Shown here: one piece after another, positions 1 to 8,783 of the stretch | Numbering within the stretch: the first letter of the stretch is position 1 | How the letters are laid out: each line of letters starts with the position of its first letter | DNA from: Rhodospirillaceae bacterium | GTDB lineage: Bacteria; Pseudomonadota; Alphaproteobacteria; UBA828 | Reading direction: 5' to 3' | Assembly: GCA_002717225.1 (NCBI GenBank) | Contig: PBDG01000009.1 | Location: 76,563 to 140,562, forward strand | Length of the DNA: 64,000 nucleotides | Notes under the pieces: model-generated | Told to the model about the DNA's origin: nothing | Seen by the model: only the letters and a program-made list of their open reading frames with translations | The model's database searches: none | Made by a program: the position numbers and the translations under genes

Positions 1-798
1 CGGAATTGTAGCGGCGAAATCAGCAAGGGTAACCAGCAGTTGCTCACGCGCCGCGCCGGTTGGTCGGCCTCCAGGCAAATCGTTGATAGTCAGCTCTTTG
101 CCAAGGCGTAGGGCGTTAGAATCGGCAATGGCAGCGATACGTGTGGCGGTCTCTTCGATTTCCCCGCCCTGGAAAAGAGGGATCAGCGCGTTCGCCTGAT
201 CCATCATATAATCTGGCCAATGGGCAAGATGACGGTAGAGGGTAGGCACAATTTTGCGGGAGCCGTTGTCAGAGCCAATACGCAGCCGTAGGATTAATTC
301 GGCTAAGGCTGGTGGCATTTCCTCTAACTCCACCAGCGACGGCATGCCAGGAAACTTAGCAAGCGGCGTCGGCTTGCCACTATCACCGCTGCATTGCCCG
401 CCGGCTTCCTCCGATGCAAGTAGCAACATCAACACGCGCACAGCTATGATGTTGTGCGGATTGGCGGTGTTGTAGGCGGCAACAATATAGCTGATTGCAG
501 CTCGGTCCATCGGTTTGAGCGCAAGCGCCAGAGCCTTCTCGTGGGTGAGCAACGGTAATTCGGCAGCGAGCGGAACAGATGCCAATTTCTCTGCGGAGTC
601 ACTCAAAACACCTGATCGCATGACCGGCGCCAGCGCTCTCCAACCCCATTCAAGAACGCCGTTTTGGGTTGCAAGATGTCGGTAAATCAACGCTACCAAC
701 GGCACCCGGCAGCATGCCCTTATCTCGTCATAAATTGCCTTGATTTCGGTTGGAGCGTCCCGTTCAGAAAGTTCTGGCAATCTTTTTATATTTGCCAC
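1..798 (-). CDS. Partial CDS (3' end lies beyond the window start) of a hypothetical protein with two internal repeats; possibly DehI-like (halocarboxylic-acid dehalogenase family). The product is uncertain.
   Basis: Translating the minus strand gives an open frame from about 798 (GTG at 798 or 825, just after an in-frame TAA) through position 1. It reads ...EIKVANIKRLPELSERDAPTEIKAIYDEIRACCRVPLVALIYRHLATQNGVLEWGWRALAP...KIVPTLYRHLAHWPDYMMDQANALIPLF.... The two copies of a YRHLA..W / ALxP block point to a pseudo-dimeric fold. It was not in the ORF track because it has no in-window ATG start and is truncated. It is divergent from allA. Confidence 0.4.
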   Translation of the reverse strand, partial: MANIKRLPELSERDAPTEIKAIYDEIRACCRVPLVALIYRHLATQNGVLEWGWRALAPVMRSGVLSDSAEKLASVPLAAELPLLTHEKALALALKPMDRAAISYIVAAYNTANPHNIIAVRVLMLLLASEEAGGQCSGDSGKPTPLAKFPGMPSLVELEEMPPALAELILRLRIGSDNGSRKIVPTLYRHLAHWPDYMMDQANALIPLFQGGEIEETATRIAAIADSNALRLGKELTINDLPGGRPTGAAREQLLVTLADFAATIP

Positions 799-812
799 TT
801 TGATCTCCCGAT

Positions 813-1319
813 ATGGCTCACCCACTCTATAATAGCGTTATGGAAACCATAACCGCACGCGCCATCAACGCTGATTTCTTCGCACCTTACGGCCAACTAC
901 TAGACGTACCAGAGAAGCCCGGTCGTTACGACTTTCAAGCTGAGCTATTCAACGGTCGTGCTGACGCCAAACCGAACCTACTGCTGGTCCGGGCAAATGC
1001 GCAATCGCTGCCGCTCGACATGAAGTTGATGGAATGTCATCCGAAATCGAGCCAAGCCTTCTTTCCGCTCGACGTCCAGCGTTATCTCGTGTTGGTCTGC
1101 CCAAAAACCGCAGATGGCGAACCTGACACAGCACGCCTCGATGCGTTTATCGTCGGCGGGGCACAGGGCATCAATTATAATCCCGGCACCTGGCATCACC
1201 CGCTGACTGTGCTCGAGGGCGTCGGACGCTTCGCCGCCCTAGTGTGGGAAAATCACAGTGCCGCAGATACCGTATGGTACAAGCTTGCGGCAGAGCAACG
1301 GGTACGCATCGAAGCTTAA
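813..1319 (+). CDS. allA: Ureidoglycolate lyase (ureidoglycolate hydrolase family, cupin)
   Basis: 168 aa. Family hallmarks are ...MECHPKSSQAFFPL... and ...QGINYNPGTWHHPL..., and the size fits AllA. Confidence 0.7.
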   Translation: MAHPLYNSVMETITARAINADFFAPYGQLLDVPEKPGRYDFQAELFNGRADAKPNLLLVRANAQSLPLDMKLMECHPKSSQAFFPLDVQRYLVLVCPKTADGEPDTARLDAFIVGGAQGINYNPGTWHHPLTVLEGVGRFAALVWENHSAADTVWYKLAAEQRVRIEA

Positions 1320-1924
1320 CCCTGTTGGGTGTCGTGACGCAGGCCAATGCTATGGCGCTCGATCTTAATATCGCTCAGATAGTGAAACGGCCGGTCCTTG
1401 CGTCCAGCGAAGCCTGGCGCACGCATTAACAAAAGCTCGCCGGGTCGCCACGAAATCTCGCGCGCGCCAGAGCCGGAGCGCGTATCGGAGACGAAAAACC
1501 GGCCGTCGCCAGAAAGTTGAATCAGGGCAACAAGGCCGGTATAGCGCATATGATCGCGATGCGTAGTGATGCCGAAGGAGCCGGGATGATAGCGCTGCAC
1601 TACGAGATCATTAAAGCCAAGTCGCCCAGCCAGGACCGGCGGGCGCAAACCCTTAAGGGCAAGGGCAAGATGTTCCTCTAGTTCCGCCGCCAGGTTCCAA
1701 AGCGCGTTTGGTTTCGGCGGCGCCATACAGATGTCAAAATCCTGGCGTACAACACTTGCACCCGAACCAACCTGCCGCCTTCCGACGCGATAGGGAAGTA
1801 TCTGGGTAGCAGCTAGAAGCTGCGCTAGCTGCCTTGGCGCGAGCAATGGTAGGCTGGTCGCATCTTCCGCCACCAGACTCATCAGCGCATATCTAAGTTG
1901 ATCCGTACCGCTTACGAATTCCAC
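1316..1924 (-). CDS. Hypothetical protein, possibly of the 2OG-Fe(II) oxygenase superfamily
   Basis: 202-aa ORF convergent with allA. HRDH...H spacing (ITTHRDHMRYTG ... PFHY) is reminiscent of the HxD...H iron triad. This is weak, motif-level evidence only. Confidence 0.35.
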   Translation of the reverse strand: MEFVSGTDQLRYALMSLVAEDATSLPLLAPRQLAQLLAATQILPYRVGRRQVGSGASVVRQDFDICMAPPKPNALWNLAAELEEHLALALKGLRPPVLAGRLGFNDLVVQRYHPGSFGITTHRDHMRYTGLVALIQLSGDGRFFVSDTRSGSGAREISWRPGELLLMRAPGFAGRKDRPFHYLSDIKIERHSIGLRHDTQQG

Positions 1925-2215
1925 CCGTTCACTCTACCGTTATCCCAGTTGTTCGGGACCCAGATATAATTCGACCCGGACGACAAATGCGCAAGAATAG
2001 GAGACATAATACCGTATTAGCTTGACTTATCCTGCCTGAACTCCCATACGCGGGTCCAACGATACTCCCTTTGAGATCGATTTTCGATTAAATGCCGGCG
2101 TCAGTATTAGAACCGGCCTAATTTATTCCGGCAGATATGGATGTTTAGTTAGGTCGGCATTCGCCTTAAGTGCACTGCCGGAGCAATTCATTCAATAATG
2201 AAAGATTATCCTTAA

Positions 2216-3463
2216 ATGACCGACTTCTCTGGCCTCAACTTGGCCCAACCGATCCTTCGTGCCATCTCCGACAAAAGCTATACTCTCCCCACACCCATAC
2301 AACTAAAATCCATCCCACCACTCCTTGAGGGGCACGATCTATTGGGTATCGCCCAAACCGGTACCGGTAAAACCGCTGCCTTCGCGCTGCCGCTACTACA
2401 CCGCCTGGCGCAAAACCCTGGCACTGTCAAGCGTGGCAAACCGCGTGCGCTAATTCTCGTGCCAACGCGTGAACTTGCTAGCCAGGTTAGTGACAACTTA
2501 AGGAGCTACGGCCGACATCTACCTGTGTGCACCGCCGTTATTTTTGGTGGCACTAATATTCGACCACAAATTCGTGCGATGAGCCGCGGGGTAGATGTGC
2601 TGGTAGCAACGCCAGGCCGCTTACTCGACTTAATAAGCCAAGGCCATGTGCAACTCCATGTTATTGAGACTTTTATCCTCGACGAAGCCGACCGTATGCT
2701 GGATATGGGATTCTTGCCTGATGTCAAACGTATTATTACTAAGCTTCCCGCAAAGCGGCAGACCTTGCTTTTCTCTGCCACCATGCCGAAATCGATTTCA
2801 AAACTCGCTGCAAACCTATTGAACAACCCGAAACGGGTCGAGATTACGCCTGCAGCAAGCACCGTGGAGAAAGTGCAGCAGCGAGTTCTTTTCGTAACCA
2901 AAGAGAAGAAGCGCTCGCTTCTTACTAAGTTGCTTAATGACGAAGAAATTGGCCGCGTGCTGATATTCACGCGCACGAAGTACGGCGCGGACCGCGTTGC
3001 CAAGCATTTATATCGGGGCGGTATCCTAGCCAACGCGATTCATGGCAATAAGTCCCAGAATGCTCGCCAACGCGCACTTAAAAGTTTTTGCGCAGGCAAG
3101 ATCCGCGCGCTCGTGGCGACAGACATCGCAGCTCGTGGAATCGACATCAAGGATGTTACACATGTCATCAATTTTGACCTGCCTAGCGAGCCGGAGAGCT
3201 ATGTTCACCGTATCGGCCGAACGGCGCGAGCCGGTGCCGGCGGCATCGCCATCTCTTTTTGTGATCATGATGAGCGCAACCATTTGCGTAATATCGAGAA
3301 GACCATCGGCCTGAACGTCCCGGTTTTCACGGACCATCCATTTCATGATTCCGAAATCGAGAATTCAAAAACGCCGGGCAAGCGCAAATTAAGGAGCAAG
3401 CGTGTGGACCTGCAGCAACGCAACACCCAACGCACGAAGCGAAAGGCCAAAAAGGCGGCGTAA
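2216..3463 (+). CDS. rhlE: DEAD-box ATP-dependent RNA helicase
   Basis: Q-motif region, AQTGTGKTAAF (motif I), DEAD (LDEADRML), SAT, and HRIGRTARAG (motif VI). The basic K/R-rich C-terminal tail is typical of RhlE. Confidence 0.9.
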   Translation: MTDFSGLNLAQPILRAISDKSYTLPTPIQLKSIPPLLEGHDLLGIAQTGTGKTAAFALPLLHRLAQNPGTVKRGKPRALILVPTRELASQVSDNLRSYGRHLPVCTAVIFGGTNIRPQIRAMSRGVDVLVATPGRLLDLISQGHVQLHVIETFILDEADRMLDMGFLPDVKRIITKLPAKRQTLLFSATMPKSISKLAANLLNNPKRVEITPAASTVEKVQQRVLFVTKEKKRSLLTKLLNDEEIGRVLIFTRTKYGADRVAKHLYRGGILANAIHGNKSQNARQRALKSFCAGKIRALVATDIAARGIDIKDVTHVINFDLPSEPESYVHRIGRTARAGAGGIAISFCDHDERNHLRNIEKTIGLNVPVFTDHPFHDSEIENSKTPGKRKLRSKRVDLQQRNTQRTKRKAKKAA

Positions 3464-3530
3464 CCGCCATCGACCTTAATCGAATTGAGCGCCATAATGA
3501 GTGTTCAAATATATTGAGGAGAGCGCGGCT

Positions 3531-4361
3531 ATGCCGAAAGTCGAAGCAAACGGGATAAATATTTTCTACGAGTTTCTCGGCGACGGTGACCCGCTAGCGC
3601 TGATCGGTGGTTCGCTGTTTGGCCGGCAGAATTTTGGTATGGTGTGGGACGGCTTGGCCCAAAATTTTAAGCTGATTAGTTACGACCAGCGCGGCTATGG
3701 GCAAACAGACCGTCCCTTACAACAATACGATCTTGATATTTGGGCGGACGACCTTGCAGCCCTAATGGAGAAACTCGGTATTCCACGCGCTCACGTAATG
3801 GGCACTTCTGCCGGTGGCATGATCGCGCTCAAATTCGCCGCCAAATATCCCGACAAATGTATTGGAGTAGTGAGCGACTGCGCATTCGCAAAATGTGACG
3901 AGATGCGCAAGATCATGTTCCGCACTTGGCGCCACATGGCGCAAACCTGGGGCTGCTCGCCACAATTCGCTGATCACGTGCTAACCCAAGCGGTTGGCGC
4001 AGAATATCTCGACGGCCCGAACGGCCCGGCGATCGTAGATATGGTTCGCACCGTCGTCGGTTTGAATTCGCCCGAAACCGTTGTACAGGCTTGCCTTGCC
4101 ATGGAAAACATGGATTTGCGAGAGGATTGTAAAAAAATTCGCAATCCGACCCTCGTCATCACGGCGAAAAAAGATATGTTGACGCCCATGGAAACCGGCG
4201 CGAGCGGAGCTGGTGCACAATGGGTGGCGGATAATGTTCCAGGCTGCGAAATTATCGTATATGAGGATATTGGCCATGCTGATCTGGTCGAGTGCCCGGA
4301 GAAAACCATTGAATCTACCATCGAGTTTTTGCACCGAGCTAAGGACAAGGTACCCAATTAA
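3531..4361 (+). CDS. Alpha/beta-fold hydrolase
   Basis: GTSAGG nucleophile elbow (GxSxG) and a size of about 276 aa. Start taken at ATG 3531, which has a GAGGAG SD 9 nt upstream, rather than the track start at 3501. Confidence 0.75.
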   Translation: MPKVEANGINIFYEFLGDGDPLALIGGSLFGRQNFGMVWDGLAQNFKLISYDQRGYGQTDRPLQQYDLDIWADDLAALMEKLGIPRAHVMGTSAGGMIALKFAAKYPDKCIGVVSDCAFAKCDEMRKIMFRTWRHMAQTWGCSPQFADHVLTQAVGAEYLDGPNGPAIVDMVRTVVGLNSPETVVQACLAMENMDLREDCKKIRNPTLVITAKKDMLTPMETGASGAGAQWVADNVPGCEIIVYEDIGHADLVECPEKTIESTIEFLHRAKDKVPN

Positions 4362-4376
4362 GTTGAGCGACCGACT

Positions 4377-5609
4377 ATGAACAACGTTCCGCACATGTCC
4401 CGTCACGCGAGCGTCGGCGTCCGTGTCGGGCCTTACCGCATTGGGGGCGGTGCGCCAATATTGGTACAGAGTATGACCAATACTGATACGGCGGACGTGC
4501 AATCAACAGCCGATCAGGTAAGGGCGCTCGCCGAAGCGGGGTCAGAGTTGGTGCGGGTTACCGTCAATACGCCAGAAGCGGCAGCTGCAGTGCCGCATAT
4601 ACGCGAGCGCCTTGATGCAATGAATTGCGGCGTACCACTAGTTGGCGACTTTCACTATAACGGCCACAAGTTGCTGCGCGAACATCCGGCCTGTGCCGAA
4701 GCGCTAGCAAAATACCGCATCAATCCCGGCAATGTAGGCTTTCGTGAAAAACGCGATCGTCAATTCCAAACCATGATTGAAGTCGCTTTGGAATATAGCC
4801 GTCCGGTGCGCATTGGCGTTAATTGGGGCAGCCTGGATCAGGAATTATTAGCTGAATTAATGGACCAAAATGCCACTTTAGCGATACCACGCGAGGCGCA
4901 GGTGGTGATGCGCAAAGCTCTCGTGGAATCCGCGCTGCGCAGCGCGGCGATGGCAGAAGAAATAGGGCTCGAACGTGATCGCATCGTGATCTCCTGCAAG
5001 GTCAGTCAGGTGCAGGATTTGGTGGCGGTCTATGGCGATTTAGCGGCACGTTCGGATTATGCGCTTCACCTTGGTTTGACCGAGGCAGGTATGGGGTCGA
5101 AGGGAATTGTTGCTTCAACCGCAGCACTCGCCATCCTGCTGCAGAAGGGCATTGGCGATACTATCAGAGTCTCACTCACTCCCTCTCCAGGCGGCGACCG
5201 AACCCAGGAAGTGATTGTGGCGCAGGAGATCCTACAGACCATGGGCCTGCGTTCTTTCACACCATTGGTGACCGCCTGCCCTGGCTGTGGACGGACTACA
5301 AGCACTGTCTTTCAGGAACTGGCGGAAAAGATCCAAAGCCATGTACGTGTGCGCATGCCGGAATGGCAAAAGGACTATGTCGGCGTCGAGGATATGCAAC
5401 TCGCAGTGATGGGATGTATCGTCAACGGCCCGGGTGAAAGCAAACATGCCGATATCGGCATCAGCCTGCCGGGCACCGGCGAGACGCCTGCAGCACCAGT
5501 ATTTATCGATGGAGAAAAATCGGTGACACTACGTGGCGAAGGCATCGCCGAAGCGTTTCAAGATATCGTCGAGAATTATGTTGAGAGCCACTACGCCAAG
5601 CGTGGCTAG
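4377..5609 (+). CDS. ispG: 4-hydroxy-3-methylbut-2-en-1-yl diphosphate synthase (flavodoxin), MEP pathway
   Basis: [12 protein letters not shown] near the N-terminus, the CPGCGRT Fe-S motif, C-terminal GCIVNGPGE, and a length of 410 aa. Confidence 0.9.
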   Translation: MNNVPHMSRHASVGVRVGPYRIGGGAPILVQSMTNTDTADVQSTADQVRALAEAGSELVRVTVNTPEAAAAVPHIRERLDAMNCGVPLVGDFHYNGHKLLREHPACAEALAKYRINPGNVGFREKRDRQFQTMIEVALEYSRPVRIGVNWGSLDQELLAELMDQNATLAIPREAQVVMRKALVESALRSAAMAEEIGLERDRIVISCKVSQVQDLVAVYGDLAARSDYALHLGLTEAGMGSKGIVASTAALAILLQKGIGDTIRVSLTPSPGGDRTQEVIVAQEILQTMGLRSFTPLVTACPGCGRTTSTVFQELAEKIQSHVRVRMPEWQKDYVGVEDMQLAVMGCIVNGPGESKHADIGISLPGTGETPAAPVFIDGEKSVTLRGEGIAEAFQDIVENYVESHYAKRG

Positions 5610-5886
5610 TTTAAATTTTCCTTAATTTCAAGCTGTTGTAATCATAGGGCCTGGCCGATCTATCTCCCTGCTTAATTTCACCAAGCGCTTCGGGAACCTG
5701 TTACGACGTAAAAGTCTTGGCTAAATATTCGCCACCCATTGCCGAAGCGGAATCATTGCGCCGACCCGAACGAAACGGCAATATAAACTCGATCGAAAGA
5801 GTTCTTTTAAATGAATATTTATTAAAATATTCACTAATTTATTTTAGACAGAGCTCCGACGTCATGTAGGCCCGGCCACACCAATA

Positions 5887-7599
5887 ATGGAATCGGCTAT
5901 GAGCGAAGTGACACAGCCCTATATTTGGGAACAATCCTATCCTGATGATATCGATTGGCATGCGCCATTAACGCCCCAGACCATGTCGGCCATGATGGAT
6001 GAAGCTGCTCGCAAATATGCCGCTCTCCCCGCAATCGATTTTCTCGGCCGAATATATAACTTCGCGGAAGTATCGGATTTGGTGAACCGCGCAGCCAAGG
6101 GACTGCAGAGTCATGGAATCGGCAAGGGTGATCGGGTCGGCCTTATGCTGCCCAACTGCCCGGCTATGGTGATTTCATATTATGCTGTGCTTCGCGCAGG
6201 TGCCACCGTTGTGAATTTTAACCCCCTATATGCCGAAGCAGAAATTCGCGCACAAATTGAAGATTCGGACTGTGGTATTCTTATTACTCTCGATATGCCG
6301 CTAATATACGATAAGGCAGCCAAGATGCTGGGGTCGACGCAATTAAGAACGATTGTGCTTGCTTCCTTGGCTGAGCAACTACCCTTCCCGAAGAACCTTC
6401 TCTATCGACTGCTTAAAAGGAAGGACATCGCAACGATGCCCTCGGATGGGCACCATCTGTCCTTCAGTGAACTTTGCTCTACGGACGGCAAACCCTCCAC
6501 TGTCGATGTCAATCCCGAGACTGACATTGCGGTGCTGCAATATACCGGCGGCACCACCGGCCTGCCCAAGGGTGCAATGCTTACTCACGCGAATCTCACC
6601 ACCAATGTTCAGCAAGCAACTTATCTCTTTCCTAAGACAGAGTTTGGCAAGGAAGTGTTGATAGGCGTGCTACCGCTGTTTCACGTTTTTGCTATGACAG
6701 TGGTGATGAATTTCAGCATCTTCGCTGGAGCCAAAATGATCCTCCTCCCGCGTTTCGAACTTGATACGACCCTAAAGGTCATTCACAAAAAGCGGCCAAC
6801 ATTTTTTCCAGCTGTGCCAACGATCTATATCGCCATCAACAACCATCCCGGCGTCGCCGCGGGTAAGTTTGATCTCACTTCGATGAAATATTGCCTCTCA
6901 GGCGGCGATACGTTGCCACGCGAAGTGCAGGAAAAATTCGAATCTTTGTCGGGCTGTCGCCTGTTGGAAGGTTATGGCCTTAGCGAGACGTCACCCGTGG
7001 CATTGTGTAACCCTTCAACAGGCGAATCGCGCGCAGGCTCGCTCGGCCTTCCAGCACCGGCAACGTTGGTCGAGATCACCGATATCGAAGACCCGTCCAA
7101 AGTGCTACCCCAAGGCGAAACCGGCGAAATCTGCATCACTGGCCCTCAGGTCATGAAAGGCTATTGGAATCGTGAGGATGAGACAGCGAGAGCACTGCTC
7201 GACGGGCGATTCCATACTGGGGACGTCGGGTATATTGATGCGGACGGATACACTTTCCTTATAGATCGCTTGAAAGAGATCATCCTAGCAGGTGGCTACA
7301 ATATCTACCCCCGCCATGTAGAAGAAGCTATATATCGCCACTCGGCAGTGGAGGAGGTAACAGTCGCCGGCATTGAGGATTCCTATCGCCAGCAAACCGT
7401 TAAGGCCTTCGTCAAGCTACGCGCGGGCCAGTCTCTTGACGCAGAAGCGCTTACCGCATTCCTCAAGGACAAACTCTCGCCCATCGAAATGCCCAAGGAA
7501 ATCGAGTTCCGCGACGAGTTACCAAAGACCTTGATCGGCAAACTATCGAAGAAGGAATTGATTGCCGAAGAAACCGCCAAGCGCAAAGCGACGACTTGA
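5887..7599 (+). CDS. Long-chain fatty-acid--CoA ligase (AMP-binding, FadD-like)
   Basis: AMP-binding motif YTGGTTGLPKGAM, GYGLSET, and the C-terminal lid. It is first in an operon with thiolase, HAD/ECH and ACAD genes. Confidence 0.85.
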   Translation: MESAMSEVTQPYIWEQSYPDDIDWHAPLTPQTMSAMMDEAARKYAALPAIDFLGRIYNFAEVSDLVNRAAKGLQSHGIGKGDRVGLMLPNCPAMVISYYAVLRAGATVVNFNPLYAEAEIRAQIEDSDCGILITLDMPLIYDKAAKMLGSTQLRTIVLASLAEQLPFPKNLLYRLLKRKDIATMPSDGHHLSFSELCSTDGKPSTVDVNPETDIAVLQYTGGTTGLPKGAMLTHANLTTNVQQATYLFPKTEFGKEVLIGVLPLFHVFAMTVVMNFSIFAGAKMILLPRFELDTTLKVIHKKRPTFFPAVPTIYIAINNHPGVAAGKFDLTSMKYCLSGGDTLPREVQEKFESLSGCRLLEGYGLSETSPVALCNPSTGESRAGSLGLPAPATLVEITDIEDPSKVLPQGETGEICITGPQVMKGYWNREDETARALLDGRFHTGDVGYIDADGYTFLIDRLKEIILAGGYNIYPRHVEEAIYRHSAVEEVTVAGIEDSYRQQTVKAFVKLRAGQSLDAEALTAFLKDKLSPIEMPKEIEFRDELPKTLIGKLSKKELIAEETAKRKATT

Positions 7600-7646
7600 A
7601 ACAGCAAAATTTGAGAATTCAAACAGAATCGAACGAGGCCCAACCC

Positions 7647-8783
7647 ATGAAACCCGTTGTCATCGCAGGATATAAAAGATCCCCCTTCCAGTTCGCCCAC
7701 AAGGGCCAATTGGTCAAAAAGCGGCCTGACGACCTGGCAGCCGACGTGGTACGCGGATTAATTGAGACAAGCGGGGTCGATCCATCTGGCATCGAGGATC
7801 TAATCATGGGCTGCGCCTTTCCCGAGGGCGAGCAGGGCTTTAACATGGGCCGCATCGTCGGTCTTCTGGCAGATTTGCCGATCTCTGTCGCTGGCGTCAC
7901 AGTCAACCGTTTCTGCGGCTCGTCTATGCAGTCGATCCACATTGCGGCCGGCGCGATCCAGATGAATGCCGGCGAAGCGTTTATCTGCGCCGGGGTAGAA
8001 TCCATGTCGCGTATCCCGATGGGTGGCTTCAACCCGATGCCCAATGCCGACCTCTTCGAGAAAAATGAAGGCGCCTACATGTCGATGGGCGAAACGGCAG
8101 AGAACCTTGCCGAGAAGTATCAAATCCCACGCGAGGAGCAAGAGGCGCTCGCCATTTCGAGTCACGCCAAAGCCGCTGCCGCGCGCGAAGATGGCAAGTT
8201 CAAGAGCGAGATCGTACCTATAGATTGCGATGGCGAGATCGTTGATCAGGATGGCTGTATCCGCACTGGGACCAATGCCGAAGATCTTGCCAAACTTGAA
8301 CCCGCCTTCGATGCGGAAGGCACGGTCACTGCCGGCACTTCATCACCACTGACTGACGGTGCATCAGCGGTACTGATCACTACAGAGGATTATGCCCAAG
8401 CCAATAATCTAGAGGTGCTTGCACGAATTAAAAGTGCAGCCGTCGCCGGTTGCCAGCCAGAAATTATGGGCTATGGCCCGGTAGTCTCCTCGGTAAAGGC
8501 GCTCGAGCGCGCCGGTATCTCAATGTCAGATATTGATGTAATCGAGCTCAACGAGGCCTTTGCCGTTCAGGCGCTGGCCTGTGTGCGTGAACTAACTATT
8601 GACCTTGACAAGATGAATTTAGATGGGGGTGCCATTGCGCTCGGCCATCCACTCGGTGCTACCGGCGCGCGTATTACTGGTAAGGCGGCGCAACTCCTGA
8701 ATCGCGAAAACAAGCGTTATGCACTAGCCACGCAATGCATCGGCGGCGGTCAGGGTATCTCCACCGTGCTCGAGGCGGCCTGA
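7647..8783 (+). CDS. Acetyl-CoA C-acyltransferase (3-ketoacyl-CoA thiolase)
   Basis: NRFCGSSMQ active-site Cys loop and a C-terminal GGGQG-type motif. Start moved to ATG 7647 (MKPVVIAGYKRSPF), which does not overlap the upstream ligase. Confidence 0.9.
   Translation: MKPVVIAGYKRSPFQFAHKGQLVKKRPDDLAADVVRGLIETSGVDPSGIEDLIMGCAFPEGEQGFNMGRIVGLLADLPISVAGVTVNRFCGSSMQSIHIAAGAIQMNAGEAFICAGVESMSRIPMGGFNPMPNADLFEKNEGAYMSMGETAENLAEKYQIPREEQEALAISSHAKAAAAREDGKFKSEIVPIDCDGEIVDQDGCIRTGTNAEDLAKLEPAFDAEGTVTAGTSSPLTDGASAVLITTEDYAQANNLEVLARIKSAAVAGCQPEIMGYGPVVSSVKALERAGISMSDIDVIELNEAFAVQALACVRELTIDLDKMNLDGGAIALGHPLGATGARITGKAAQLLNRENKRYALATQCIGGGQGISTVLEAA

Noticed and set aside
254-852. Plus-strand track ORFs 254..475 and 664..852
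   Set aside because: They lie antisense within a longer, better-supported minus-strand coding frame (1..798). They have no RBS and a biased, low-complexity composition typical of shadow ORFs.
2278-3346. Multiple minus- and plus-strand ORFs nested in rhlE (e.g. 2506..3033 minus, 3026..3346 minus, 3042..3314 plus)
   Set aside because: They lie entirely inside the strongly supported DEAD-box helicase gene and are Arg/Ser/Ala-rich shadow frames with no motifs.
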